Origin: Minisyncoccota bacterium
GTDB taxonomy: Bacteria > Patescibacteriota > Minisyncoccia > Phycocordibacterales > CSBR16-193
Reading direction: 5' to 3'
NCBI GenBank assembly: GCA_040905715.1
Contig: JBBDRA010000003.1
Coordinates: 71,075-135,074 of the forward strand
Length of the DNA: 64,000 nucleotides
Positions 1 to 10,402 of this stretch are shown here, piece by piece. A program made the translations under genes and the position numbers. Positions within the stretch are counted from its first letter, which is position 1. Each line of letters opens with the position of its first letter. Below the pieces are notes generated by a model, which saw only the letters and a list, made by a program, of their open reading frames with translations, did not search any database and had not been told where the DNA came from.

Positions 1-758
1 CAAAGTATTTTGCCCGCCGGCATATAGAAATAGCTAATATACGACATATTCTATTATCCGGGTTTTACGCGTTTGTACTTTTTGCGCTTGTGTTTCTTCA
101 GCCGGACTTTGGCTCAGCTCTGATCCTAGGGGCTATTTGGCTGGGTATGGTGCTTGTTTCAGGTATTTCTAAAAAGCATCTCATCGCGCTTATTCTCATC
201 GCGGTAGTTACTGTTATCGGTATGTGGTCGTTTGCGCTTCAGGATTACCAAAAATCACGTATCACCTCGTTTCTTGATCCGTTCGCAGATATTCAAGGTA
301 CCGGATATAACGCATATCAATCTATGGTCGCTGTCGGCTCCGGGGAGTTAATGGGCAAAGGAGTGGGGTACGGTACTCAGTCAAAGCTTGAATTCTTGCC
401 GGAATACCAGACAGACTTCATTTTCGCGGCGTTTTCCGAAGAGTGGGGTTTTGTCGGCGTCATTGTGCTCTTTAGCCTTTTTGGCGTGCTGTTTTGGCGT
501 ATTCTCTCAGCGAGCCTGCAAGGTGCCAGTAATTTCGAGATGCTTTTTATGCTTGGTATCGCGGTGTATTTCATGGCTCACGTTATAATTCACACCGGTA
601 TGAATATCGGGCTGTTGCCGGTTACCGGAACAACGATTCCGTTCATGAGTTACGGCGGTACCCACCTGCTTACTGAATTTGTGGCACTTGGTATGATCAT
701 GGCGATGCGTAGGTATCGTCGAGAAGTTCAGATGGAAGGGGTTGAATTGGAGGTATAA
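1..758 (+). CDS. SEDS-family peptidoglycan glycosyltransferase (FtsW/RodA), C-terminal part; 5' end lies outside the window
   Basis: The reading frame is open from window position 3 with no stop. The product has multiple TM helices and an 'LQPDFGSA' motif typical of the FtsW/RodA 'QPDLGTA' region. Confidence 0.7.
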   Translation, partial: KYFARRHIEIANIRHILLSGFYAFVLFALVFLQPDFGSALILGAIWLGMVLVSGISKKHLIALILIAVVTVIGMWSFALQDYQKSRITSFLDPFADIQGTGYNAYQSMVAVGSGELMGKGVGYGTQSKLEFLPEYQTDFIFAAFSEEWGFVGVIVLFSLFGVLFWRILSASLQGASNFEMLFMLGIAVYFMAHVIIHTGMNIGLLPVTGTTIPFMSYGGTHLLTEFVALGMIMAMRRYRREVQMEGVELEV

Positions 759-777
759 TTGTTGCACTATTGAAACC

Positions 778-2121
778 ATGAGGCCAACTCGAGACAGTGT
801 AATATTATTCTTCGGTGACCTGGCGGTCTTTTTTGTATCGCTGTGGCTTACATTGGCGATCCGTCACTTAAGCCTGCCTTCCGAAGAGATCTTTCTTGAG
901 CACCTTGCTCCGTTTTCAGTTCTCTTCGCTGTGTGGGTTGTCGTGTTCTATATTGCCGGCCTTTACGAACGGCGAAGTGTGCTATTTCAGACCGAGCTCC
1001 CAAGACTGCTTCTCAAGACGCAATTTGTGAACATTGCTCTGGCAGTGCTTTTCTTCTACGCTGTTCCATACTTTACGATCACTCCAAAGACGAACCTTTT
1101 CATATATCTCTTTATTTCGTTCGGGTTCATTCTCTTCTGGCGATTGTACGGGCACGGCTTTCTCGGTCCGCGACAAAAGTACAAAGCGGTCATCATTGGT
1201 ACCGGCGAGGAAACTGATGAGCTTGTAGAAGAAATAAACAACGGATCACATCTCGATTTTTCCTTTTTGTTTACGGTTGACCTCAATGAGCTTGATGGTC
1301 TGGACATTCAGACCGATATCATTGAGCGGGTCTACAGCGAGGATGTGCGGGTTATTGTGGTTGACCTTCGTCACCCGGGTATCGAACCGCTTCTGCCGCA
1401 TTTATATAATCTTATTTTTTCCCACGTTCGATTCTTTGATATGCATCACGTATATCAGGAGGCGTTTACACGGGTTCCGCTGTCACTGGTTCGATACAAC
1501 TGGTTTCTTGAAAATGTTTCGGCCAGCCCTCGAATTATGTACGACTCGTTTAAGCGACTCATGGATATACTCCTTTCCGGTACGGTCGGTTTAGCCTCGT
1601 TGCTTCTGTACCCTGCGGTGATTATTGCTATTAAACTCGAGGATGGAGGCCCTATTTTTATTCACCAAGAACGAGTGGGTAAGAACAATCAGCGTATTCG
1701 TGTCACAAAGTTCAGAACGATGACGACCGATGACGGTGGTGAAGAAGATCGGAAAAAGGGGAATCATGTAACACGTGTCGGTGGTTTTTTGAGAAAAACA
1801 CGAATCGATGAATTACCTCAATTATGGAATGTGCTTTCCGGATCTTTATCGCTCATTGGTCCCCGGCCCGAGTTGCCGAGTTTAGTAAGGCAATACGAAG
1901 AGCAGATCCCATATTACGATGTTCGCCATCTAATAAAGCCCGGTCTTTCAGGGTGGGCTCAGCTGTATCATAAAACACCTCCAAAACGAGATATGGACGT
2001 GGTGCAGACTAAGCGCAAGCTCTCCTATGATCTTTACTACATTATCAACCGTTCACCGACCGTCGATCTGGCGATCGCACTCAAGACGCTCAAGGCCTTG
2101 CTTTCACGGAGCGGTACATAA
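778..2121 (+). CDS. Polyprenyl-phosphate glycosyl-1-phosphate (priming) sugar transferase, WbaP/EPS 'bacterial sugar transferase' family
   Basis: It has N-terminal TM helices and a C-terminal bacterial sugar transferase domain ('KFRTMTTD', 'DELPQLWNVLSGSLSLIGPRP'). The ORF track begins at a TTG at 742, but the ATG at 778 is preferred. Confidence 0.7.
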   Translation: MRPTRDSVILFFGDLAVFFVSLWLTLAIRHLSLPSEEIFLEHLAPFSVLFAVWVVVFYIAGLYERRSVLFQTELPRLLLKTQFVNIALAVLFFYAVPYFTITPKTNLFIYLFISFGFILFWRLYGHGFLGPRQKYKAVIIGTGEETDELVEEINNGSHLDFSFLFTVDLNELDGLDIQTDIIERVYSEDVRVIVVDLRHPGIEPLLPHLYNLIFSHVRFFDMHHVYQEAFTRVPLSLVRYNWFLENVSASPRIMYDSFKRLMDILLSGTVGLASLLLYPAVIIAIKLEDGGPIFIHQERVGKNNQRIRVTKFRTMTTDDGGEEDRKKGNHVTRVGGFLRKTRIDELPQLWNVLSGSLSLIGPRPELPSLVRQYEEQIPYYDVRHLIKPGLSGWAQLYHKTPPKRDMDVVQTKRKLSYDLYYIINRSPTVDLAIALKTLKALLSRSGT

Positions 2122-2170
2122 AATGAATGTCTTGTTCGGTGTCTAAGATAGGATGTGATAGATTAAGCAT

Positions 2171-3079
2171 ATGGCAACAAAATCAATTGTTACAGGAGGG
2201 GCTGGATTCATAGGTTCACACCTTGTAGATGCATTGATAGAACGCGGAGACGACGTGCACGTGATCGATGATCTTTCAGGAGGCAAGAGGGAGTTGATAC
2301 ATGAGAAAGCGACTTTTCACGAAGAAACGATCTGCGACCGAGAGGCTATCGCACCGATCTTTGAAGGAGCGGATTATGTTTTTCATACAGCCGCACTCCC
2401 GCGAGTACAGTTTTCTATTGAGTATCCTATTGAGACGCATGAGGTGAATGTTACCGGCACACTCAATGTTCTTAAGGCGTGCGTTGATAGCGGAGTGAAA
2501 AAAGTAGTATTCTCGTCGTCGAGTTCCATCTACGGCGATCAGCCAACTATGCCGCTTGTTGAAGATATGGATCCGGGTCCGAAGTCGCCGTACGGACTGC
2601 ACAAGTACATGGGCGAGTTGTACTGCAAAATGTGGAACGAGATCTATGGGCTTCCGAGTGTGTGCCTACGGTATTTCAATGTGTACGGGCCGCGCCAAAG
2701 TGCCGAGGGTGCATACGCGCTCGTGATCGCAAAGTTTCTTAAACAGCGCGAGGAGGGAGGATCGCTCACTATTACCGGCGATGGTAAGCAGACGCGCGAC
2801 TTTACGCACGTAACTGACGTGGTGCAGGCTAATTTGAAAGCAGCTTCAAGTGATTCTGTCGGCAGTGCAGACGTGATCAACGTGGGAGCCGGGAACAATG
2901 TCTCGATCAACAAGATCGCGGAGTTGATCGGTGGCGAAGTAGAGCATATCGAAGCTAGATATGAGCCCCATGACACCTTGGCTGATAACACGCGGGCACG
3001 AGAATTTCTGAGCTGGGCGCCGAGTGTGACGATAGAAGAAGGGATAGCTGAACTTAAAAAATTACACGGACTTTCCTAG
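2171..3079 (+). CDS. NAD-dependent nucleotide-sugar epimerase/dehydratase (extended SDR)
   Basis: It carries the Rossmann motif 'TGGAGFIGSHL' and a catalytic YxxxK ('YGLHKYMGELY'). Size and overall similarity fit a UDP-sugar 4-epimerase. Confidence 0.7.
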   Translation: MATKSIVTGGAGFIGSHLVDALIERGDDVHVIDDLSGGKRELIHEKATFHEETICDREAIAPIFEGADYVFHTAALPRVQFSIEYPIETHEVNVTGTLNVLKACVDSGVKKVVFSSSSSIYGDQPTMPLVEDMDPGPKSPYGLHKYMGELYCKMWNEIYGLPSVCLRYFNVYGPRQSAEGAYALVIAKFLKQREEGGSLTITGDGKQTRDFTHVTDVVQANLKAASSDSVGSADVINVGAGNNVSINKIAELIGGEVEHIEARYEPHDTLADNTRAREFLSWAPSVTIEEGIAELKKLHGLS

Positions 3080-3098
3080 ATCTGATAATTGAATAATC

Positions 3099-4322
3099 AT
3101 GGCAGATACGTATCATCCAAATAAGAAAACACTAGAGAAGTATGCTGACGTTTTAGTAAATTTTGCTCTGAATAGCGGCAAGGGTATTAAGAAAAATGAT
3201 GTGGTGCGTGTCGTTGTTAACGAGTCTGCAAAGCCGCTGTATATTGAACTTCAAAAGGCTGTATTGAAAGCCGGTGGGCATATTATCGGTGTGTATCGGC
3301 CGGATGACGATCGATCGTTTAATTTTGCAAAAGCTTTTTATGATCTGGCCAACGATAAACAGCTGAAGTATTTTCCGGCAAATTATATGAAAGGTATGGT
3401 TACCGATGTCGATCACAATATTGTGATCATAAGCGAAGCAGATAAGCAGGCTCTAAAAGGTGTTGACCCAAAGAAGATGATGGCTCGCGGGCAGGCGATG
3501 AAGAAGATCCATGAGTGGCTAGACGAGAAGGAAAATAACGGGAAATTTACCTGGACACTAGGCTTGTACGGCACGCCGGCAATGGCGAAAGAAGCGGGTC
3601 TCTCAGAAAAAGAGTATTGGAAGCAGATCACCAAGGCTTGTTTTCTCGACAAAAAAGACCCTATTGCTGAGTGGAAAGCCGTGGCAAAAGAGCTCGAAAC
3701 GATTCGTCGAAAGCTCAACAAGCTTAAGATCGAGCAGGTTCACCTTCAGGGCGAGGATGTTGATCTTACCGTGAAAATAGGTGCAGATCGGAAGTGGGCC
3801 GGAGGAAGCGGGCGCAATATTCCAAGCTTCGAGCTTTTCACGTCGCCTGATTGGCGCGGGACGAACGGATGGATCAGATTCAATCAGCCACTCTACCGTT
3901 ATGGCAATCTTATTAAAGATGTAGAGCTCGAGTTCAAGAACGGCAAAGTTCTTAGAAGCAAGGCGTCTAAGAACCTGAAACTTTTGCAGGAAATGATCAA
4001 TACAAAAAATGCAGATAAAGTGGGTGAATTCTCACTGACCGACAAGCGTCATTCGCGCATTACCAAGTTTATGGCAGAGACGCTGTTTGACGAGAATGTG
4101 GGCGGCAAGTACGGTAACACCCATATTGCGCTCGGAAAAGCATACTCAAATTGCTATAACGGCGACATCACAAAAATGAAGGCGAAGGATTGGCAGAAGG
4201 TCGGGTTCAATGATTCTTCGGTTCACACGGATATTGTCTCAACAACAGACAGAACGGTCACCGCAACACTCCAGGACGGGAGCGAAAGGGTGATTTATAG
4301 GAACGGGCAATTTCAGGTCTAG
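3099..4322 (+). CDS. Aminopeptidase, probably M29 (AmpS/PepS) family
   Basis: The 407-aa soluble protein has N-terminal resemblance to thermophilic M29 aminopeptidases, but no motif was verified. Confidence 0.4.
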   Translation: MADTYHPNKKTLEKYADVLVNFALNSGKGIKKNDVVRVVVNESAKPLYIELQKAVLKAGGHIIGVYRPDDDRSFNFAKAFYDLANDKQLKYFPANYMKGMVTDVDHNIVIISEADKQALKGVDPKKMMARGQAMKKIHEWLDEKENNGKFTWTLGLYGTPAMAKEAGLSEKEYWKQITKACFLDKKDPIAEWKAVAKELETIRRKLNKLKIEQVHLQGEDVDLTVKIGADRKWAGGSGRNIPSFELFTSPDWRGTNGWIRFNQPLYRYGNLIKDVELEFKNGKVLRSKASKNLKLLQEMINTKNADKVGEFSLTDKRHSRITKFMAETLFDENVGGKYGNTHIALGKAYSNCYNGDITKMKAKDWQKVGFNDSSVHTDIVSTTDRTVTATLQDGSERVIYRNGQFQV

Positions 4323-4398
4323 GCCGGAGTAGCCGGCAAAAACGCTTTGCGTTTTTGCCTTTCCTGCGCTAGGATACGTCTATTATTGATTCGAACGA

Positions 4399-5829
4399 GT
4401 GTTTTTGACCGCCATGATCGCCAAATACCGTTTCAGCGCACTTATCATCTTACTCCTCCTTGTTGGGCTGGGGTATTTCATCTATTCAACGCAGACCACT
4501 GAAGATTCAAATTTTCCGTTTCAACTCGGACTTGATCTTTCCGGCGGAACCGAGCTTATTTACGAGGCAGATGTTTCTGAGCTATCCGAAGGTGATGTGG
4601 ATGGCGCAATGCAGAGTCTGCGTGAAGTTATAGAGCGCCGAGTGAACGCGCTTGGAACCGGAAGTCCTATCGTTCAGACCGAGCAGGCCGGAGTCCTTAC
4701 CGGTGAAATATCTCATCGGCTGGTTGTGGAGTTGCCGGGAGTGACGAATATTGAAGAGGCAACAGCGATGATCGGTGAGACGCCGGTACTTGAATTTAAG
4801 TTATTGAGAGAGGGTGCGTCTCCTATTGACGGTGCAGGAATAGAAGTGCAAACAAGTGACGGGACCAGCACGCTTCAAGCGCAGAATGGTACTTCTACCG
4901 ATGCTTCATCAGACGATCGATACGAAGCTACCGGCTTAACCGGTCGTTATCTTAGCGATGCTCAGCTTCAGTTTAATAACGTTACCGGTGAGCCGCTCGT
5001 GACGCTTCAGTTCAATAGCGAAGGCGCGGATCTGTTCGCCGATATAACTCGCGAGAACCAAGGAAGGATCCTGGCGATATTCCTGGATGGTGTGCCAATT
5101 TCACAGCCGGTTATCCGTGACACGATCACGGGCGGTCAGGCACAGATATCAGGCGGATTTGGTGGGCCGGACGGTGTTGAGGAAGCGCGTGAGCTCATGA
5201 ATAACCTTAAGTTCGGCGCACTGCCAATGCCGGTTTCGCTTGTGAACACGCAGACGATCGGTCCGACACTTGGTCAAGAGACATTGAATGCGGGTGTTTT
5301 TGCCGGTTTGATCGGTCTGGCTGGAGTGACACTGTTCTTACTTGCGTGGTATCGGCTCCCCGGACTCGTTGCTACTGTGTCACTTGTACTCTATATAGTA
5401 CTTATGCTGGCCCTTTTTAAGATTTTGGGCATTACTCTGACCGCAGCCGGTATTGCCGGCTTTATTCTCTCGGTCGGTATGGCGGTTGATGCAAATGTTT
5501 TAATATTTGAGCGTCTCAAAGAAGAGCGTCGGGCTGGTCGCGATCTTCAGGATGCAATTCACGCCGGTTTTGCTCGGGCATGGCCGTCGATCCGTGACGC
5601 TAACATCTCAAGCATCATCAGTGCGGTGATTCTGTACTGGATGGGCACATCACTGGTAAAAGGGTTTGCACTGGTGTTCGGGATCGGTGTGCTGGTATCT
5701 ATGCTCACCGCTATCACGGTGAGCCGCACATTACTGCTTGCACTCGCGAGTGAACAGGTAGGGAAGACCACCGCTTTGCTTTTTGGTTCCGGAGCTGAAA
5801 CAACGAGATCGCAGGATACGAAATACTAA
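4399..5829 (+). CDS. secD: Protein translocase subunit SecD
   Basis: It has an N-terminal TM helix, a large periplasmic domain and a C-terminal six-TM bundle ('LIFERLKEE'). The secF gene follows it. Confidence 0.85.
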   Translation: MFLTAMIAKYRFSALIILLLLVGLGYFIYSTQTTEDSNFPFQLGLDLSGGTELIYEADVSELSEGDVDGAMQSLREVIERRVNALGTGSPIVQTEQAGVLTGEISHRLVVELPGVTNIEEATAMIGETPVLEFKLLREGASPIDGAGIEVQTSDGTSTLQAQNGTSTDASSDDRYEATGLTGRYLSDAQLQFNNVTGEPLVTLQFNSEGADLFADITRENQGRILAIFLDGVPISQPVIRDTITGGQAQISGGFGGPDGVEEARELMNNLKFGALPMPVSLVNTQTIGPTLGQETLNAGVFAGLIGLAGVTLFLLAWYRLPGLVATVSLVLYIVLMLALFKILGITLTAAGIAGFILSVGMAVDANVLIFERLKEERRAGRDLQDAIHAGFARAWPSIRDANISSIISAVILYWMGTSLVKGFALVFGIGVLVSMLTAITVSRTLLLALASEQVGKTTALLFGSGAETTRSQDTKY

Positions 5830-5878
5830 ATACCTGCCTGCGCAGGCAGGCTGAATACTTCACTTCAACACTAACACT

Positions 5879-6814
5879 ATGTTTATCACTCAGAACAAAA
5901 CAATATTCTTTGCTGTTGCCGGCGGACTTGCGGCGCTCGCTCTTGTAGCGATCCTGTCGTTCGGTCTTAAATTCGGCATTGAATTTACCGGTGGTTCTAC
6001 TTTTGAGGTGAGATACGAGACTGAGCGCCCGGCCCAGGAACGAGTTGAAGGAGTCATCACGCCGCTATTCGATCGCAGCGTATCTGTGCGCCCGGCGGGT
6101 GACAGCTCATACATTATCCAGACACCGTTTGTTCAAGACGATGAGCACAGCGAGGTTATGGAACAGCTGTCATTCGGGGGAGAGTTGGAGGTGATTGAAG
6201 AGCGATTCAGTTCGGTTGGCCCGTCTATTGGCGAGGAGCTTCGGGCGAAAGCGCTAGTCGCGATCGCTTTGGTCGTGACCGGTATCGTGCTGTTCGTGGC
6301 ATTTAGTTTTCGGCGGGGAATGGATACAGAGGGCAACTATCTTAACGAAGGAGTTTCATCGTGGTATTACAGCCTGGCGGCGATCGTTGCGCTCATCTTT
6401 GATATTCTTATTCCGACCGGTTTGTTCGCGCTTTTGGGCGTTGCTCTTGGGGCAGAAGTTGATGTTCTGTTTGTGACGGCTCTGCTCGCGATCATCGGTT
6501 TCTCAGTGAACGATACGATCGTGGTCTTTGACCGGGTTCGTGAAAATTTGCAAGTTAATCGAGAGACAAATCACAAAGAGAATTTTGATGAAACAGTTGG
6601 CAAAAGTTTGACTCAAAGTTTTGCCCGCTCGATCAATACATCGCTTACTACGTCGCTTGTGCTGATCGCGTTGTATGTATTCGGTGGTGCCGTAACCCAG
6701 GCGTTCGCGTTGACGTTGCTGGTCGGCGTACTTGCCGGTACATATTCCTCCTTATTTATCGCCTCACCGCTCTTGGTCAAATTTCAAGAATGGGGAGAAA
6801 AGAGAAATTCATAA
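5879..6814 (+). CDS. secF: Protein translocase subunit SecF
   Basis: It shows SecF membrane topology with conserved 'GFSVNDTIVVFDRVREN' and lies immediately downstream of secD. Confidence 0.85.
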   Translation: MFITQNKTIFFAVAGGLAALALVAILSFGLKFGIEFTGGSTFEVRYETERPAQERVEGVITPLFDRSVSVRPAGDSSYIIQTPFVQDDEHSEVMEQLSFGGELEVIEERFSSVGPSIGEELRAKALVAIALVVTGIVLFVAFSFRRGMDTEGNYLNEGVSSWYYSLAAIVALIFDILIPTGLFALLGVALGAEVDVLFVTALLAIIGFSVNDTIVVFDRVRENLQVNRETNHKENFDETVGKSLTQSFARSINTSLTTSLVLIALYVFGGAVTQAFALTLLVGVLAGTYSSLFIASPLLVKFQEWGEKRNS

Positions 6815-6820
6815 AATTTG

Positions 6821-6848
6821 TTGACATCCCCTCGCAGATGTATATAAT
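6821..6848 (+). promoter_or_regulatory. Sigma70-type promoter upstream of the 16S rRNA (TTGACA-N16/17-TATAAT)
   Basis: TTGACA sits at 6821-6826 and TATAAT at 6843-6848. A structured leader with several inverted repeats lies between this site and the 16S 5' end. Confidence 0.55.
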
Positions 6849-7079
6849 GGTCCATACCTCAGGAGATGGGGTTTTATTTTGACTAAAGGGTCCTTTGACA
6901 ACTAAATATTGACGGAACAACTTCGACGTAAAAATCGGAGTTCCGACCAACGCGTCGGAATTGTTTTTTCTTTTGTTCCGTCCACATTAATTACCCTCAT
7001 ATCGGTTTCGATCGATATGAGGGCCCCGTCTTCTTTTTGAATCAAATTGAAGACAAAATGATCAATACTCTTTTAGTTA

Positions 7080-8549
<1,470 letters not shown>

Positions 8550-8769
8550 ATTTTTCTGAGTTCGCCACCGGTGAACTCAGTGAAACGGTCGGTCCTGCAC
8601 CTCGATCGAGTGCAGGAAAAATCCTTCGTGGCGTATGTCATGAAGGGCAAAGGTTTTGGTCTCGGAGCCTCAAGTCGAGATCATGTGGACGGAACGAAAG
8701 AGAGAAGAATTGTCTAAGATCCTCATTGTTGACAATCAGCAATGGGGATTTTGTATTCAGCTTCTTCCC

Positions 8770-8798
8770 TTTACAATAGAGCGTATGTATGCTATACT
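8770..8798 (+). promoter_or_regulatory. Candidate sigma70 promoter (TTTACA-N17-TATACT) for the small-ORF/FlgM-like operon
   Basis: TTTACA sits at 8770-8775 and TATACT at 8793-8798 with a 17-nt spacer. Confidence 0.4.
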
Positions 8799-8853
8799 TG
8801 CTTTCTATTGTTAAAGTTGTTCTTTTTAAACCACCTACGCTCACGGAGGATCC

Positions 8854-9030
8854 ATGAGTACACCCCAACACATTCGTAGTCTTCTGGGTATGAAGAAGGT
8901 TGCGGAAAAACAGCTTCGAGAGCAAGAGCAGAATCCGGATCGCCGCGGTGGCGAACCGGAAGCAATCGGTACTATTGCCAAGCGTGAGCTGGATCGCGTG
9001 ATCCACGAGCATCGCAAGGCAAGCAACTGA
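8854..9030 (+). CDS. Small hypothetical protein (58 aa); not in the ORF track because it is under 60 aa
   Basis: It runs ATG 8854 to TGA 9030 (MSTPQHIRSLLGMKKVAEKQLREQEQNPDRRGG...). It sits directly upstream of the FlgM-like gene, whose GGGAGG site follows its stop codon. Confidence 0.3.
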   Translation: MSTPQHIRSLLGMKKVAEKQLREQEQNPDRRGGEPEAIGTIAKRELDRVIHEHRKASN

Positions 9031-9042
9031 GGGAGGATCGCT

Positions 9043-9243
9043 ATGTCAGGAACGGACTCAGGGGATTCCCAAGGACGGGAACGGAATGATGATCTCGATA
9101 TGGATCGGGCGGCACAGACAGTGCGTCGGGTGAAAGCTCAGATCGAACAAGGGACGTATCCGGACATTCCCGAAAATCACATGCTCGAGCAGTGCTTGGT
9201 TCCGCTTGCTCGGGACATGGGATATGCCCATCTCACTGATTGA
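9043..9243 (+). CDS. FlgM-like anti-sigma-28 factor domain protein (66 aa)
   Basis: The C-terminal 'VRRVKAQIEQGTYPDIPENHMLEQCL' matches the FlgM C-terminal sigma-28-binding motif (RV..LK.AI..G.Y.VD...IAD.L). It is preceded by GGGAGG with a 7-nt spacer. Confidence 0.5.
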   Translation: MSGTDSGDSQGRERNDDLDMDRAAQTVRRVKAQIEQGTYPDIPENHMLEQCLVPLARDMGYAHLTD

Positions 9244-9310
9244 TCCTGGGGCGGAGGCGGAGGAGAAAGAAGCATCTGTCGGAGGGTCCATTTGGTCCGA
9301 TCGCTGATGC

Positions 9311-9347
9311 AAGACCCTGATAGGCAACTATCAGGGTCTTTTTTTGT
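9311..9347 (+). terminator. Rho-independent terminator after the FlgM-like gene
   Basis: A 13-bp stem (aagaccctgatag / ctatcagggtctt) with a gcaa loop is followed by TTTTTT. Confidence 0.7.
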
Positions 9348-9351
9348 ACTA

Positions 9352-9380
9352 TTGACAATATACTATATTAATAGTATGAT
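9352..9380 (+). promoter_or_regulatory. Sigma70-type promoter (TTGACA-N17-TATGAT) for the GH108 muramidase operon
   Basis: TTGACA sits at 9352-9357 and TATGAT at 9375-9380 with a 17-nt AT-rich spacer. Confidence 0.5.
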
Positions 9381-9434
9381 TATATCAGATATAACCAGGG
9401 TGGTTATTGCCGTTATTTTCAAACAGGGAGTTTA

Positions 9435-10040
9435 TTGATGCGATATACGATGCTGCTTCTTACGTTAGTTGTCACGACTATGGTTGCGACAACCGCTTTC
9501 GCAGACGAAACACCGGAGACGACGTTTCAGAAAGCGACGGCATTTGTGCTCGATTCTGAGGGTGGCTACAGCGATCATGTTGCAGACACCGGAGGTGCTA
9601 CCAACTATGGAGTTACTCAGGTCGCCTACGATTCCTGGCAAGATTCTTTGGATAAGAGGCGTCGACCGGTTTCCCAGATCGAGTTGTGGGAAGTCAAAGG
9701 CATTTATTATGCTTACTGGCTTGAGGCTCGTTGCTATGAGATCGAGGAGGTTTCTCCGGCGCTAGCGATCGCTCATTTTGACTGGGCGATCAATGCGGGG
9801 CCATCACAGGCGATGCGAACGCTTCAGCGGTGCATCGGGACCGAAGCTGACGGCATTTGGGGTCCGAAAACCCGTGCTGCATTTCTGAAAAGCGATCCGG
9901 CAGAGGTGCTCGAGGAGTATTTCGAGCGCCGCGAGCGGTTCTACCGGAGTCAGCCTGAAGAGCGACGCGACGCGTTTCTCTCTGGCTGGCTGAATAGACT
10001 CGATAAACTTCGAAATTTTCTATCAGATAGGGAAGAATAA
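9435..10040 (+). CDS. Secreted peptidoglycan hydrolase: GH108 lysozyme domain + PG_binding_3 domain
   Basis: It has a signal peptide (MMRYTMLLLTLVVTTMVATTAFA). The GH108 signature is 'EGGYSDHVADTGGATNYGVTQ'. The C-terminal 'GIWGPKTRAAF' fits a PG-binding-3 domain. Confidence 0.7.
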   Translation: MMRYTMLLLTLVVTTMVATTAFADETPETTFQKATAFVLDSEGGYSDHVADTGGATNYGVTQVAYDSWQDSLDKRRRPVSQIELWEVKGIYYAYWLEARCYEIEEVSPALAIAHFDWAINAGPSQAMRTLQRCIGTEADGIWGPKTRAAFLKSDPAEVLEEYFERRERFYRSQPEERRDAFLSGWLNRLDKLRNFLSDREE

Positions 10041-10207
10041 TGGTGCTCAGAATTGAAGAAAACGAAACCGGCGGATGGAATGCGGAAGTTGTACATGAAG
10101 AAGATCAGCAGATTAAGGTGGCAAAGAAGGACGGGGTTGGGGGAGTCTTCCTCTGCCTTCTTGTCGCAACCCTGGTCATCCTGATTCTCTTGGCAGCTGT
10201 CTGGTAA
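10040..10207 (+). CDS. Small membrane protein (55 aa) with a C-terminal TM helix, translationally coupled to the muramidase (stop/start overlap TAATG)
   Basis: The ORF MVLRIEENETGGWNAEVVHEEDQQIKVAKKDGVGGVFLCLLVATLVILILLAAVW is followed by a strong terminator. It is not in the ORF track because it is under 60 aa. Confidence 0.4.
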   Translation: MVLRIEENETGGWNAEVVHEEDQQIKVAKKDGVGGVFLCLLVATLVILILLAAVW

Positions 10208-10229
10208 TGAGAATGAATCGACTCTCGAA

Positions 10230-10262
10230 GAACGTTTGCTCCGGCAAGCGTTCTTTTTTATT
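10230..10262 (+). terminator. Rho-independent terminator
   Basis: A 10-bp stem (gaacgtttgc / gcaagcgttc, one G-U pair) with a tccg loop is followed by TTTTTTTATTTTT. Confidence 0.7.
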
Positions 10263-10402
10263 TTTATTGCATTGATTATGACGGTTTCTTGTCTGAAAGA
10301 GGGATTTTTGGTAGTGTAGGCGGGTGTGAGGGTATTTCTATATGGCGTGTAAGTAAACTTGCTTTGCCGGCGCTCGGACGAAACGATAACTAGTTCTCGA
10401 TC

